The notes: generated from the sequence alone by a model not told the origin. A stretch of 64,000 nucleotides of DNA from Clostridia bacterium (GCA_045650505.1 JAZRRE010000030.1:78285-142284), one strand, 5' to 3'. Positions 41,152 through 50,803 are shown, counted from the stretch's first letter. Made by a program: numbers and translations.

Positions 41152-42264
41152 TTAATCTTTTTCAAATTGTCTTGAACCACAAGCTGGACAAATGTCATCG
41201 CCATCTGGAACATCTGCACCGCAATATTTGCAAGTTCTGCCAATTTTGCTAGCCTTTGCTTCTGCAAGTTCTGCATTTGCTCTTGCTTCTGCAATTTCTG
41301 CTTCGTTTTTAGCATCTTGAACCGCTTGGTCTTTTTTTGCTTGTTTATATTTTCTTCTAATGAAGAGAACAGCAATCAAGATAATTACTGCAAGAACAAC
41401 ACCTGTGATAACAAGCATCTTAACATAAGAACCTTTGTTATCTTCAAGGTCAGCTAAATAATCTTTTTCAGCTTGATAATCTTTGTTTCTTTCAAGAGTG
41501 TAACTTGTGTTGATTGCAAAAACATTTCCGTTAATATAAGTGTATGCAACTTCGATTTTACCTACCTTTCCAAGGGAAGTGTTATCAGGGTCTTTATAAA
41601 CAATCATATCATTAACGCCGGTTTCTAAAGAACCTTCTTTTGTATATTCAATGAATGTTGAATCATTCCATTTTGCATTAGCACCTTTTGCTTGACCAAT
41701 TTCATCATCTGCATGATATTTAAATTCATAAACAATGAAATAATAATATTGACCTTTTTCATAATAATCAGTTAAATAATAACCTGTATTTGATGGATTA
41801 TCACCATATGTCTTATATTCTGTTGGTTTAAATTCTGCTGTAACAATGAAATAATCATCATCAACATTTTTCTTTGCCTCTTTGATTATCGTTGCAAAAA
41901 CCTCATCATATTCTTCATATTTTGCAATCATTTCTTTGCTTTCTTCAATATATGCTTTATTGTCGTTCATATTGCCAATAATGCCCGCAAAGAAAACAAT
42001 TGAGAATATAAACACGCCAAGCAATAAACTTAAAAGTGTTTGTGCAGGGCCTGCAAGAATGACTGTTCTTCCAAAGAAATGCATTCTCCAAGGTCTTCTT
42101 GGACCTCTTGGTGTGTGATGACTATGTCCATAACTAGAACCACCTCTGTTATAACTGCTTCCGTTGCTTCCAAAGCCGGCTCTAAAGCCACCGCCTCCGC
42201 CGCCAAAACTGAAGCCGCCTCCACCGCCGCCACTTCTACCGCCGCGTGAAAAACCTCTTGCCAT
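41152..42264 (-). CDS. Two-TM membrane protein with Gly/Arg-rich N-terminus and C-terminal zinc ribbon
   Basis: RGGRSGGGGGG N-terminus, two TM helices, CKYCG..CPACGS. Confidence 0.85.
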   Translation of the reverse strand: MARGFSRGGRSGGGGGGFSFGGGGGGFRAGFGSNGSSYNRGGSSYGHSHHTPRGPRRPWRMHFFGRTVILAGPAQTLLSLLLGVFIFSIVFFAGIIGNMNDNKAYIEESKEMIAKYEEYDEVFATIIKEAKKNVDDDYFIVTAEFKPTEYKTYGDNPSNTGYYLTDYYEKGQYYYFIVYEFKYHADDEIGQAKGANAKWNDSTFIEYTKEGSLETGVNDMIVYKDPDNTSLGKVGKIEVAYTYINGNVFAINTSYTLERNKDYQAEKDYLADLEDNKGSYVKMLVITGVVLAVIILIAVLFIRRKYKQAKKDQAVQDAKNEAEIAEARANAELAEAKASKIGRTCKYCGADVPDGDDICPACGSRQFEKD

Positions 42265-42391
42265 AAATCCTCCTTTCTTTATCTTACGATATATTTAATT
42301 TTTTATTTCGCTAACATTAACTGTTACACATTCATTATCTTTATTTTTAAAAATAAAGTCAACAAAATAAACTTTGTTGACTTAAAATTAA

Positions 42392-43897
42392 TTATTTATT
42401 TGATAGTTGAGTGTATTTCACACGAACCTTTTTCTTGGTTTTAAACCTGTTTGTGTTTTCATTATTATTGTTTTTTATTTGTTTTGGTTTTTCGGTTATC
42501 TTTTTGTCTTTTTGTGTTTCAATTTTTTGCTTTTCTTCTTGTTGATTTATCTCTATTTTGTCATCTTCTTTTGTTAAAGTTGTTTCACTCACAAACACAA
42601 CTTTGTTTTTCTCTTTATTTTCAAACAAAAGCATTAAACCAAAAATTAAGAAAATTGTGAATTGGTCACTCAAAACAACTTCTTCAAGCCCAATCACTGC
42701 CCAAGTGATAAGAAGCAAAATTTTGCAAAAACTAAACTTAAACTTTGATTTTGCAGATTTAATATAAGCAAAAATTAAAACAAAGATTGCAACAATTCCA
42801 ACAATGCCAAATCTGTGAAGCACAAAAAGATATGCGTTGTGTGGGTCAAAAGCAAAGTTTGGTCTAAAAAGCCCCACCCCAAACCAAATGTTATGCCAAC
42901 AATTTTTATAGTCTTTAAAATAATCTTTCCAAATGTCAACTCTGCCATTCAAAACTTCATTTAAAAAGCTGTCGCCGTGATTATACAAAAACATTCTATC
43001 ATAAATATCTGCAATATATGACCTGCCCACAATGCAAAGCACCACAACCAGCCCCGCAAAAGCAATTAAATATTTAATAGCTTTTTTGCGAAGTTTTATC
43101 ACAAGTGCAATCATAAAATAAAGCACAAAAAGTACAAGCATAATAAGGAACACTTTTGAAAGTGTAAGTACACCAAGTGTGGTTACAAACACAATAGAAA
43201 CAAGGTCAATCCAAAGTTTTCGTGATTTATTCAAAATTGAATGAACTGAATAGGCAAACTCAAATAAACAAAGAAGTGCCAAATTGTTCATATGGAAGGT
43301 TGTCATTTTAAGACGCATATAATAACCTTCAAAAGAACGAATGAAATATTTAAATTCTTCAAATCTTGAAAGCACAAGGGTTATCCCCGCTGAAACAAAC
43401 AAGCCACAAAGAAGTGCATTGAAGCATTTTGCAACTTTGATTTCTTTGCGATAAACAAACGCAAAATAGAAAAGTGCAAATACAAACACAAGAAGCATTC
43501 CGGTTTCAATATCTTGGTCACCAACAATAAAGCTTTTTAATGAAGAAATCCCAACAATTGAAAGTGTGAGCATAAGTGGAAACCAAAAAATCTGTTTGTT
43601 CTTTTTAACAATATCAATAATATATTTTATAAGCACCACAACAAGTGCAATTATGATTGTGATGACATAAAGTGAATCAAGACCAGAAAATGGCATCATA
43701 AACAGCATCACTGCAAAAATCTCTTCAACAGAGCAAGTGAACAAAAATAATCCAAGCACAACGCTGACTGCTATCCACATTTTGCTGACAAACGGACACG
43801 CAAAAAGCAAAGCAGAAATTATGCCAAGCCCTATAAATAATTTATACTTTCCATAAAAATCTTTTATTTTTGTGAGTTTTGTTTCGTTTGTTTTCAT
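42392..43897 (-). CDS. O-antigen ligase/Wzy-like polymerase
   Basis: Many TM helices, TLSK, GRVDIW, FGVG, PHNAYL..RFGIVG. Confidence 0.8.
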   Translation of the reverse strand: MKTNETKLTKIKDFYGKYKLFIGLGIISALLFACPFVSKMWIAVSVVLGLFLFTCSVEEIFAVMLFMMPFSGLDSLYVITIIIALVVVLIKYIIDIVKKNKQIFWFPLMLTLSIVGISSLKSFIVGDQDIETGMLLVFVFALFYFAFVYRKEIKVAKCFNALLCGLFVSAGITLVLSRFEEFKYFIRSFEGYYMRLKMTTFHMNNLALLCLFEFAYSVHSILNKSRKLWIDLVSIVFVTTLGVLTLSKVFLIMLVLFVLYFMIALVIKLRKKAIKYLIAFAGLVVVLCIVGRSYIADIYDRMFLYNHGDSFLNEVLNGRVDIWKDYFKDYKNCWHNIWFGVGLFRPNFAFDPHNAYLFVLHRFGIVGIVAIFVLIFAYIKSAKSKFKFSFCKILLLITWAVIGLEEVVLSDQFTIFLIFGLMLLFENKEKNKVVFVSETTLTKEDDKIEINQQEEKQKIETQKDKKITEKPKQIKNNNNENTNRFKTKKKVRVKYTQLSNK

Positions 43898-44065
43898 TGT
43901 CAGTTATGCCCGCCAATCCTTAATTTTTCTACATTTATAATATACACATAATTACTTCCATTTGTCAATAAAAGCAGACTTTAAAAAAACATCAACTTTT
44001 CACCCCACACGAAAATAATTGCTTTTTTTTTGCTTTTAAATTATATTATTAGTGAGGTATAACTT

Positions 44066-44980
44066 ATGAAAAAAACAGAGAAGACTAACGCTTATAAAGA
44101 ATTAAATTTAACTTATTCATTCTATTCAAGATTTTTAAAACGCTTTTTTGACTTTTTGCTTTCGTTTTTAATGCTCATCATCTTGTCGCCAATTCTTTTA
44201 ATTTTAAGTTTATTAACTTTAATTTTCAATGGTGCACCAGTGTTTTACAAACAGGCCCGCCCTGGCAAAAACCATAAAGTGTTTCACATTTATAAATTCC
44301 GTTCAATGAACAACAAAAAAGACAAAGATGGCAACCTTCTTCCAGATGCTGAAAGAATCACCAAGTTTGGAAAATTCTTAAGAAAATCATCACTTGATGA
44401 ACTTCCACAACTTTTCAATATTTTAAAAGGTGATATGAGTTTCATTGGTCCAAGACCACGCCTTGTTAAAGATATGCTCTTCTACCCTGAAGATGTTTAC
44501 CCTTATTACATCGGCAGACCAGGTCTCACCGGCCCAACACAAACCACCGGAAGAAACCAAAACACTTGGGAACAAGTTTTTGAAAAAGATATTGAATATA
44601 TGCACCATGTAACTTTCTGGAACGATATCAAAATTTTCTTCAAAACATTCACAAGCGTTTTCACATCAACAGGACAATCTCACGCTGAAAGTGAAGAAGA
44701 CAAAAAGAAAGAACAAGTTAAAGAACAAGAATATTATTACGCTGACTATGTGCTTCGCATTGAGAAAATCAATAAAGCTCAATACGACAGAGGTATGGCT
44801 CTTGCAAAACAAATCACAGGCACAAAGAAAGCTAAAGTTGAGTTTTATCCAGAACTTCATAATGCTGAACTTATGCAAGAATTTTTAGAAAAACAAAACA
44901 CAGAAACCAAAGTTCAAGCTGAAGAAAAAGTTGAAGAAAAAACTGAAAATACAGACTCAAATGAAACAACTGAAAAATAA
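44066..44980 (+). CDS. Polyprenyl-phosphate sugar-1-phosphate transferase (PglC/EpsL-like)
   Basis: KRFFD, YKFRSM, SLDELPQL, GPRP, PGLTG. Confidence 0.93.
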   Translation: MKKTEKTNAYKELNLTYSFYSRFLKRFFDFLLSFLMLIILSPILLILSLLTLIFNGAPVFYKQARPGKNHKVFHIYKFRSMNNKKDKDGNLLPDAERITKFGKFLRKSSLDELPQLFNILKGDMSFIGPRPRLVKDMLFYPEDVYPYYIGRPGLTGPTQTTGRNQNTWEQVFEKDIEYMHHVTFWNDIKIFFKTFTSVFTSTGQSHAESEEDKKKEQVKEQEYYYADYVLRIEKINKAQYDRGMALAKQITGTKKAKVEFYPELHNAELMQEFLEKQNTETKVQAEEKVEEKTENTDSNETTEK

Positions 44981-45178
44981 ATCACAAACCACACCAAAGT
45001 TTATGTTTGGTGTGGTTTTTTTATTCGCTTTCGTATTTTGCCTTTAAAAATCGCTTAAAACACCGATATTTCTTTAATTTGTGGGGTTTTCGAAGTTAAA
45101 AAATTTGCAATTTTTAAATTTTTATTATAAACTAAAATCAGTAAATTATTTTATAAAAGCTTTTTAGGGAGGACTTTT

Positions 45179-47461
45179 ATGTATAGCGATTTTGGAAATA
45201 TAAACGATATGACTAAAGGTCAGTTCAACACTGCCATTGAATATTATCGTAATAAAGTGAAAATGATGAATGAAGATACATCAATTTCAGAAAGGTCAAA
45301 AGCTTGGTTTTTGGAAAGATATGAAGCAAGAATTAAGTCTCTTGAAACAACTCTTGAAAATTTGAATGTTGCAATCAACAATTCAAAAAACAGTGGCGTT
45401 TTGGTTAACGAAGAAACCATAACTTTGGGCCGACTTGGAGCCTCAACCACAGCAACAACCAATTTTGACACACTTGCTCAAAACGAACAAAGACACCGCA
45501 CTTCACAACGTTGGAAAATTGTTGGAGCTTGTCTTCTTCCTGTGGTTGGAACTATTCCATTTTTGATTAGCTGGAGAAGAGCTAAAAAAAGACACAAAGA
45601 AGTTGCTTCAAAAATCAATCAAGAAAACATTGAACTTGGCAATTTTATCAACCGTGAAAGAAGACCTTATGAGGCAACTCTTTTAACTTCAACAAAGTTT
45701 TCTGATGCCGAAAAAGCCAATCTTCTTGAAGACACAACTGAACTTCGAAGAATTGAAGCACTTGCCTTGTCTGGAACAATCACACCTATTGAAAAAACAA
45801 ATCTCACAAAGAAACTTATTGAGGTTCGTGAATTTGGTCAAAAGAACGGTTATAACGTAACCGCAATTTTAACAGACCCATCATTTAGAACAAAAGCTGA
45901 TAAAAACAACATTCAAGTAACAGCTCACGAAACCACTTATAATAGCACACTTGCAACTGCAACAAATTTAAAAGATGCTTATGATTCAATTAGAAAGCTT
46001 GAAAATTTGAGAGCAGAGGTTCAAACACTTTATAATGAAACAAAAAATAGCAGACTTGAAACCTTGCTTAACAACATTGATTCAAGAATCACAACACTTA
46101 AAAACAACGCAAAAACCGCAATCAATGCTGGTGTTAATGCAATTGTTGCTGATGTAAATGCTGTAACTGCAGCATCTGCTGATGAAGCTGGTTACACAGC
46201 AGCAATTAATACCGTTGAAGCAAGGGCGGTTGCAGCAAACGCCAACTTTGGAACAGGTGTAAATTTTGAACAAGCTCAAAAGATGGCTGAAGAGATTGGT
46301 TTTGACACTGAAAGTGCTGAATATAAGAAATTTAACGAAATCGAAAATGCAAGAGCCACCAAAAAATCTGAATTTGAAACCGAACTTAACAAAGTTAAAG
46401 GTGAAACTCAATTTAGAACAAATATTGCTGATAATATGAATGCACTTAACAATGTTTTAACAACAAAACTTAACCCTTTATCAGCGGTTGCAGACATTGA
46501 CACAAACATCAATGAAATTAATATTAAAGAAGCGTTCACATATCTTGCTGAAGCAAAATCTGCTTATGATTATTTAGAAAGCAATATCTCAAGCTTAACC
46601 GCAGCAGAAAAAGGAACTTTCACACCACTTCAAAAAGAGTATTTAGATTATAAAGCTAAACTTGAACAAAAAAATCAAGAATTTGCTTCAAAGGCTGAAA
46701 ACTTTGATAATTATAAAACTGAAATCAATTCAGCAATTGATATAACAAAAGACAAAGATACACTTTCTGGTGAACTTGAACTTTTAAAGAGCACACTTGC
46801 AATAATTGAAAGTGTTGAATATAAAGAAAAGATGAATAAAATTGGTCTTTCATCAGAGCTTAACAGATTAATCTCAACTGCAAAAACAAAAATTACTAAA
46901 TATGAAAGATTAATCACTCAAAAAGAAACCGAAGAAGAGAACACAAAACATAATGCAGAGGTTAAAGATATTCTCGATGAAAACGAAGCTATTTTAACCC
47001 CTATTCTTACAAGCATTTCATCTGGCACACCTTCAACCGATTTAATTGAACTTGCAAATTATGAACAACAAATAAATAATGTAATTACTGCACTTTCAGC
47101 AATAACAGGAACTCTTGACACTGCAAATAAAACAAGGTTAAGAACACTTTCGCAAAGTGCAAACAAATCAAGTGTTGCTGTTAAAAGACAAATTCAAGCT
47201 GCGAAAAGACCAGAAGAACTTAAAGCTTATTATCAAGGTGAAATTGAAAAAATTGAAAATGAAGTGCTTGCTTGCATTTCTAAACTTAATTCTTCAAGAA
47301 CAAAGGCACAAGCGATTAATCAATTAAGTTTATGTTCTGCAAAATTGCAAAGATTAAAATCTGCTGCAACCGCAGACCACGTAAGCCTTGATTTTGACTC
47401 ATTGCTCACAAACATTTCAGACACAATCACAAATAATCCACTTGGACCAACAGCACCATAA
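45179..47461 (+). CDS. Large helical orphan protein with one internal hydrophobic segment
   Basis: 760-aa ORF, GGAGG RBS, WKIVGACLLPVVGTIPFLISW then coiled-coil-like sequence. Confidence 0.8.
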   Translation: MYSDFGNINDMTKGQFNTAIEYYRNKVKMMNEDTSISERSKAWFLERYEARIKSLETTLENLNVAINNSKNSGVLVNEETITLGRLGASTTATTNFDTLAQNEQRHRTSQRWKIVGACLLPVVGTIPFLISWRRAKKRHKEVASKINQENIELGNFINRERRPYEATLLTSTKFSDAEKANLLEDTTELRRIEALALSGTITPIEKTNLTKKLIEVREFGQKNGYNVTAILTDPSFRTKADKNNIQVTAHETTYNSTLATATNLKDAYDSIRKLENLRAEVQTLYNETKNSRLETLLNNIDSRITTLKNNAKTAINAGVNAIVADVNAVTAASADEAGYTAAINTVEARAVAANANFGTGVNFEQAQKMAEEIGFDTESAEYKKFNEIENARATKKSEFETELNKVKGETQFRTNIADNMNALNNVLTTKLNPLSAVADIDTNINEINIKEAFTYLAEAKSAYDYLESNISSLTAAEKGTFTPLQKEYLDYKAKLEQKNQEFASKAENFDNYKTEINSAIDITKDKDTLSGELELLKSTLAIIESVEYKEKMNKIGLSSELNRLISTAKTKITKYERLITQKETEEENTKHNAEVKDILDENEAILTPILTSISSGTPSTDLIELANYEQQINNVITALSAITGTLDTANKTRLRTLSQSANKSSVAVKRQIQAAKRPEELKAYYQGEIEKIENEVLACISKLNSSRTKAQAINQLSLCSAKLQRLKSAATADHVSLDFDSLLTNISDTITNNPLGPTAP

Positions 47462-47474
47462 AGGAGAATGATAT

Positions 47475-47840
47475 ATGGCAACAAAATTCACAGATGAACA
47501 ACTTATGGCATTTAAACGTGCAGGTTTTTCTGCAGAAGAAGTTTCACTTTTTGCACACAACCCAAAATATGCCCCAACACCTGAAGAACTTGATGCTTTA
47601 ATGGAAACAAATGATGTTGAAAAAACTTTAGAAAGCCTTCCAAAAAACCTTGATAAATTTTTTGAAGACATCAACAAAACTTATGGTATTTTGTTTAGGT
47701 CAAACATTCCTCAAAAACAATTTGAAGAAGCAGTTCAAGAACTTGCTAAACAAAATCCAGAACTTGCAAAACAAGTTGCATCATTTGCTCTTTTATTAGA
47801 CTATGCTGAAGAAACTTCTGAAGAAAACACAGAAAATTAA
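47475..47840 (+). CDS. Small acidic hypothetical protein co-transcribed with the 760-aa gene
   Basis: AAGGAG RBS directly at the upstream stop; terminator at 47848-47879. Confidence 0.8.
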   Translation: MATKFTDEQLMAFKRAGFSAEEVSLFAHNPKYAPTPEELDALMETNDVEKTLESLPKNLDKFFEDINKTYGILFRSNIPQKQFEEAVQELAKQNPELAKQVASFALLLDYAEETSEENTEN

Positions 47841-47881
47841 TCAAAATAAAAACTCTCGAAAACAATTCGAGAGTTTTTTCT

Positions 47882-48706
47882 TTATTTTTTATTCTTTGAA
47901 TTTTTAGAGGTTGTTTTCACGGTGAGCTTTGCTTTTGTGGTTGCCCCTGAAACAACTTTTTTCTTGCCATTTTTTGGTTGTGTTGTTGTTTTTTTCTTTA
48001 CCGGTTTATTTTCTTCAACAACCTCATCTTTCTTTTCTTCTGCTTTTTCAATTTTTGGTTTTTCTATAGTTTCAATTTCAATTTTATTCATTAAACCAAA
48101 TTCAACTTTGATATCAGTGGTTTCATTAAGTTTTAAAAGCACTTCTCTTCCTTTAAGCACTGTAAACCATTTTTCTTCAAACACTTTTTCATCGGCAATT
48201 CTTGCTCTGTGATAAATCAAACCCGAATAAACCGAAACGATTTTTCCATCAATCACTTCTTCTTTATAATCAATTCGAATAACAGCAATCATAACCACAA
48301 ACATTAAAACTGAAAGCATCATTGAAATAATATCAACTTTTCTTTCATTAACAGTTTTAACGTGCGCAGATTTAATTTCATATCTAACACATTCATCTAA
48401 TCTCTCATACTCAATTTCACACTCTGCGAATTTTGTATAGTTAGATTCGAATAAAACAACCGGACCATATAAAAGTTCATCTTCTGCATTAAAAAATTGA
48501 AAATAAATATGGCCCCAAAGAGCATCTTCAGAAAATTCCACTTCAATTGTTTTAAAGGTTGCGGTGCTTTCTTCAAGTTTAACCTCTTTATAGTTAACAA
48601 CTTTAACATCTTCAATCTTTTCAAAAATGTCAGGAATAAACAATGTTAAAACCCAAAGACAAATTGCTGCAATTTTAACAGTCCATAGCAATATCTTTTT
48701 CTTCAT
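47882..48706 (-). CDS. Hypothetical membrane protein
   Basis: Two TM segments, Lys-rich tail; AGGAG RBS. Confidence 0.8.
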   Translation of the reverse strand: MKKKILLWTVKIAAICLWVLTLFIPDIFEKIEDVKVVNYKEVKLEESTATFKTIEVEFSEDALWGHIYFQFFNAEDELLYGPVVLFESNYTKFAECEIEYERLDECVRYEIKSAHVKTVNERKVDIISMMLSVLMFVVMIAVIRIDYKEEVIDGKIVSVYSGLIYHRARIADEKVFEEKWFTVLKGREVLLKLNETTDIKVEFGLMNKIEIETIEKPKIEKAEEKKDEVVEENKPVKKKTTTQPKNGKKKVVSGATTKAKLTVKTTSKNSKNKK

Positions 48707-48826
48707 AATATCTCCTAAAACTTTCTAGCATAAATATTTACACTAAAATTATATCATTTAATAAAATAAAACACAATATAAACTTGAACCGCCAAACAAA
48801 AAAACAACCAAAACGGTTGTTTTTTA

Positions 48827-48873
48827 TATTTTTTCAGTATTATTGAATGATTTTTTTGTTATTTTTGCGTTTT
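48827..48873 (-). repeat. Post-stop bipartite motif copy 5
   Basis: AAAACGCAAAAATA-N23-TGAAAAAATA right after WYL stop. Confidence 0.7.
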
Positions 48874-49860
48874 TTAATTGTATTTTTTAAGCATTTCTTC
48901 AAGCTTAAGTTTAATTTTTTCGCGCGTTTGAACAGGCTCTAAAACTTCAATATGTTCACCATATTGAAGTGCCCAATAAACAAGAGCATCTTCATTCACC
49001 TTTAAACTTGCAAGAATTTCACCATCTTTATTCTTTTTGATAAACACATCTTTGCCGAACCAATCAATAAAATCATTGACCTTATTTTCTTTGTAAATTT
49101 TAATTTCAGCATTCACAGCCTTTCCCGCCATCATATAGATATGTTCTTTGATATAATCTTTAATGGAGAATTTTTCACCACCAGAAACACTTTCAATCGG
49201 TTTTGAATCTTCTTCAATAATTCTTGCGCCTCTAATGTTTTCAATCTTATAGTTTGAGATATCATCATATTTATCATTGTTGCAAACAAGATAATATTTT
49301 CCCCTGCTGTTAATCATAAAATATGGATTGATTTTATAAAACTTTCCATCGCCTTTGAGCACTAGTTCTTTATTAATTCCATAAGCACCATATTGAAACT
49401 CAACTTTCTTTTTCTGTTCAATAGCTGTGTTTAAAATTTCAATTGTATAAAAAATTTGCTTATTATCAAAGTCACTTCCATCATCAAACTTTTCAAGGTG
49501 ATTAAACATCTTGCGTTTAAATCTGCTAAAGCTTTTTGTGAGTTTTGTGGCTAAATCTTTAGCATATTTTGTTGGCATCGATTTTGATGAATAAATCGCG
49601 TCAATCAAAAATAAAAGCTCTCCATCTTCAAAATCACGTTCTCCAAGATATAGCCCATTTTTTCCACATTTAACAATATCAAAACCATGCTCAATCAAAA
49701 CATCAATGTTTCCTGCAATGGTTTTTCTCTCAATCTCAATTCCAAACATTTGATAAAGTTTTTCACCAATCTCATTATATGTGAGTTTGTGTTTTTCATC
49801 TGTGCTCTCTTTTAAAATTTTTAAAACATAAAGCAAACTACTCTTTTTTTCACTAGCCAT
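48874..49860 (-). CDS. WYL-domain transcriptional regulator (wHTH-WYL-WCX)
   Basis: N-terminal wHTH (TDEKHKLT..ERKTI), KVEFQY, INPY..GKYYLVC, WALQYGEHIEVLEP. Confidence 0.92.
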   Translation of the reverse strand: MASEKKSSLLYVLKILKESTDEKHKLTYNEIGEKLYQMFGIEIERKTIAGNIDVLIEHGFDIVKCGKNGLYLGERDFEDGELLFLIDAIYSSKSMPTKYAKDLATKLTKSFSRFKRKMFNHLEKFDDGSDFDNKQIFYTIEILNTAIEQKKKVEFQYGAYGINKELVLKGDGKFYKINPYFMINSRGKYYLVCNNDKYDDISNYKIENIRGARIIEEDSKPIESVSGGEKFSIKDYIKEHIYMMAGKAVNAEIKIYKENKVNDFIDWFGKDVFIKKNKDGEILASLKVNEDALVYWALQYGEHIEVLEPVQTREKIKLKLEEMLKKYN

Positions 49861-49895
49861 AATGCCTCCTATTTGTCACATTATAACACACCTTA

Positions 49896-49915
49896 AAATC
49901 CAAAATAAAGGATTT
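49896..49915. promoter_or_regulatory. Putative WYL operator 1
   Basis: AAATCC-aaaataaa-GGATTT, 10 nt upstream of minus-strand extended -10 TGtTATAAT. Confidence 0.7.
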
Positions 49916-49926
49916 AAGAGCAGTTT

Positions 49927-50193
49927 TTACGCCTCTAAATAAAAATTTTCTTTTGCATCAGCTTTAAAAACATCAAGAGTTACAAGCACTTTGCGGTTTG
50001 AAATTTTGTTCGATACATAACCAAAATTAATCATAAAATCAATATAACCCGCTGCTTTTGCATAACCCCAATGAAACTTTCTTTGCAAAAATGCTGTGCT
50101 GGCATTTTGATTTTCAATGACACATTTAACAGCGCTAATAAAATCTTTATCTTTAAAAATTTCATAAATATCAACAGTTTTTTTCTTTTCCAT
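49927..50193 (-). CDS. Stand-alone FtsK gamma (winged-helix) domain protein
   Basis: AVKCVIENQNASTAFLQRKFHWGYAKAAGYIDFMINFGYVS...RKVL matches the FtsK-gamma pattern AS.S.LQR...GY.RAA.IID.....G.V...R.VL. Confidence 0.85.
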   Translation of the reverse strand: MEKKKTVDIYEIFKDKDFISAVKCVIENQNASTAFLQRKFHWGYAKAAGYIDFMINFGYVSNKISNRKVLVTLDVFKADAKENFYLEA

Positions 50194-50442
50194 TTATGCC
50201 TCCAACATTTTCTTAAACTCATTAAAGCTAATCATTTTGTTTCCCTGATTTGAAAACTCACGCAAAAAGTTAGTGTTTGTCATATAAACCACTTTTCTCT
50301 TAACATCAATGCAAAATGGAAAACAATGTTCTTCATTATTTATCGATTTGCCATTTGCCCATTTATACCCTAAAAGTTTTAAGAATAAATAAAACTTATC
50401 TCTTTCTTTAATTTCATAACACACAACAAAACAATTTTCCAT
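50194..50442 (-). CDS. 82-aa hypothetical protein
   Basis: AAGGAG RBS; abuts FtsK-gamma gene; LGYKWANG motif. Confidence 0.75.
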   Translation of the reverse strand: MENCFVVCYEIKERDKFYLFLKLLGYKWANGKSINNEEHCFPFCIDVKRKVVYMTNTNFLREFSNQGNKMISFNEFKKMLEA

Positions 50443-50459
50443 AAAACTTCTCCTTATGC

Positions 50460-50573
50460 TTAATTTTTCTTTGCTTTTTTGTCAGCTTTTTCAAGAGCCT
50501 CAAATTCCACTTCTGCAATAGGAGTTTCATCATCCATAACTCCCCAACCCATAATCAAATCAATAATACCCAT
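50460..50573 (-). CDS. 37-aa hypothetical protein
   Basis: MGIIDLIMGWGVMDDETPIAEVEFEALEKADKKAKKN; AAGGAG RBS before ATG 50573. Confidence 0.65.
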   Translation of the reverse strand: MGIIDLIMGWGVMDDETPIAEVEFEALEKADKKAKKN

Positions 50574-50584
50574 AATTTTTCTCC

Positions 50585-50650
50585 TTATTTTCTTATTCCT
50601 AAAAAATTTATTCTCGTGTAAACAAGAAATATAACAACCATCAAAGCCAT
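50585..50650 (-). CDS. 21-aa hydrophobic peptide
   Basis: MALMVVIFLVYTRINFLGIRK; AAGGAG 8 nt upstream; its TAA overlaps the next gene's RBS (TAAGGAG). Confidence 0.55.
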   Translation of the reverse strand: MALMVVIFLVYTRINFLGIRK

Positions 50651-50688
50651 ACATATCTCTCCTTTACACCCATATAATATCATACAAT

Positions 50689-50708
50689 AAATCCCAAAAA
50701 ACGGATTT
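50689..50708. promoter_or_regulatory. Putative WYL operator 2
   Basis: AAATCC-caaaaaac-GGATTT, 9 nt upstream of minus-strand TGaTATTAT. Confidence 0.7.
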
Positions 50709-50803
50709 AAAAACTCTTTTTTAATAAATTTAAAAACTTTTACCATTTTAATAGATTGTCAAAAAGCATTATTTGTGATAAACTGAAAAGCAAGGAAAAG
50801 CTT

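Noticed and set aside
50460-50654. 64-aa ORF from the track
   Set aside because: RBS spacing and an internal RBS favour two separate genes of 21 and 37 aa
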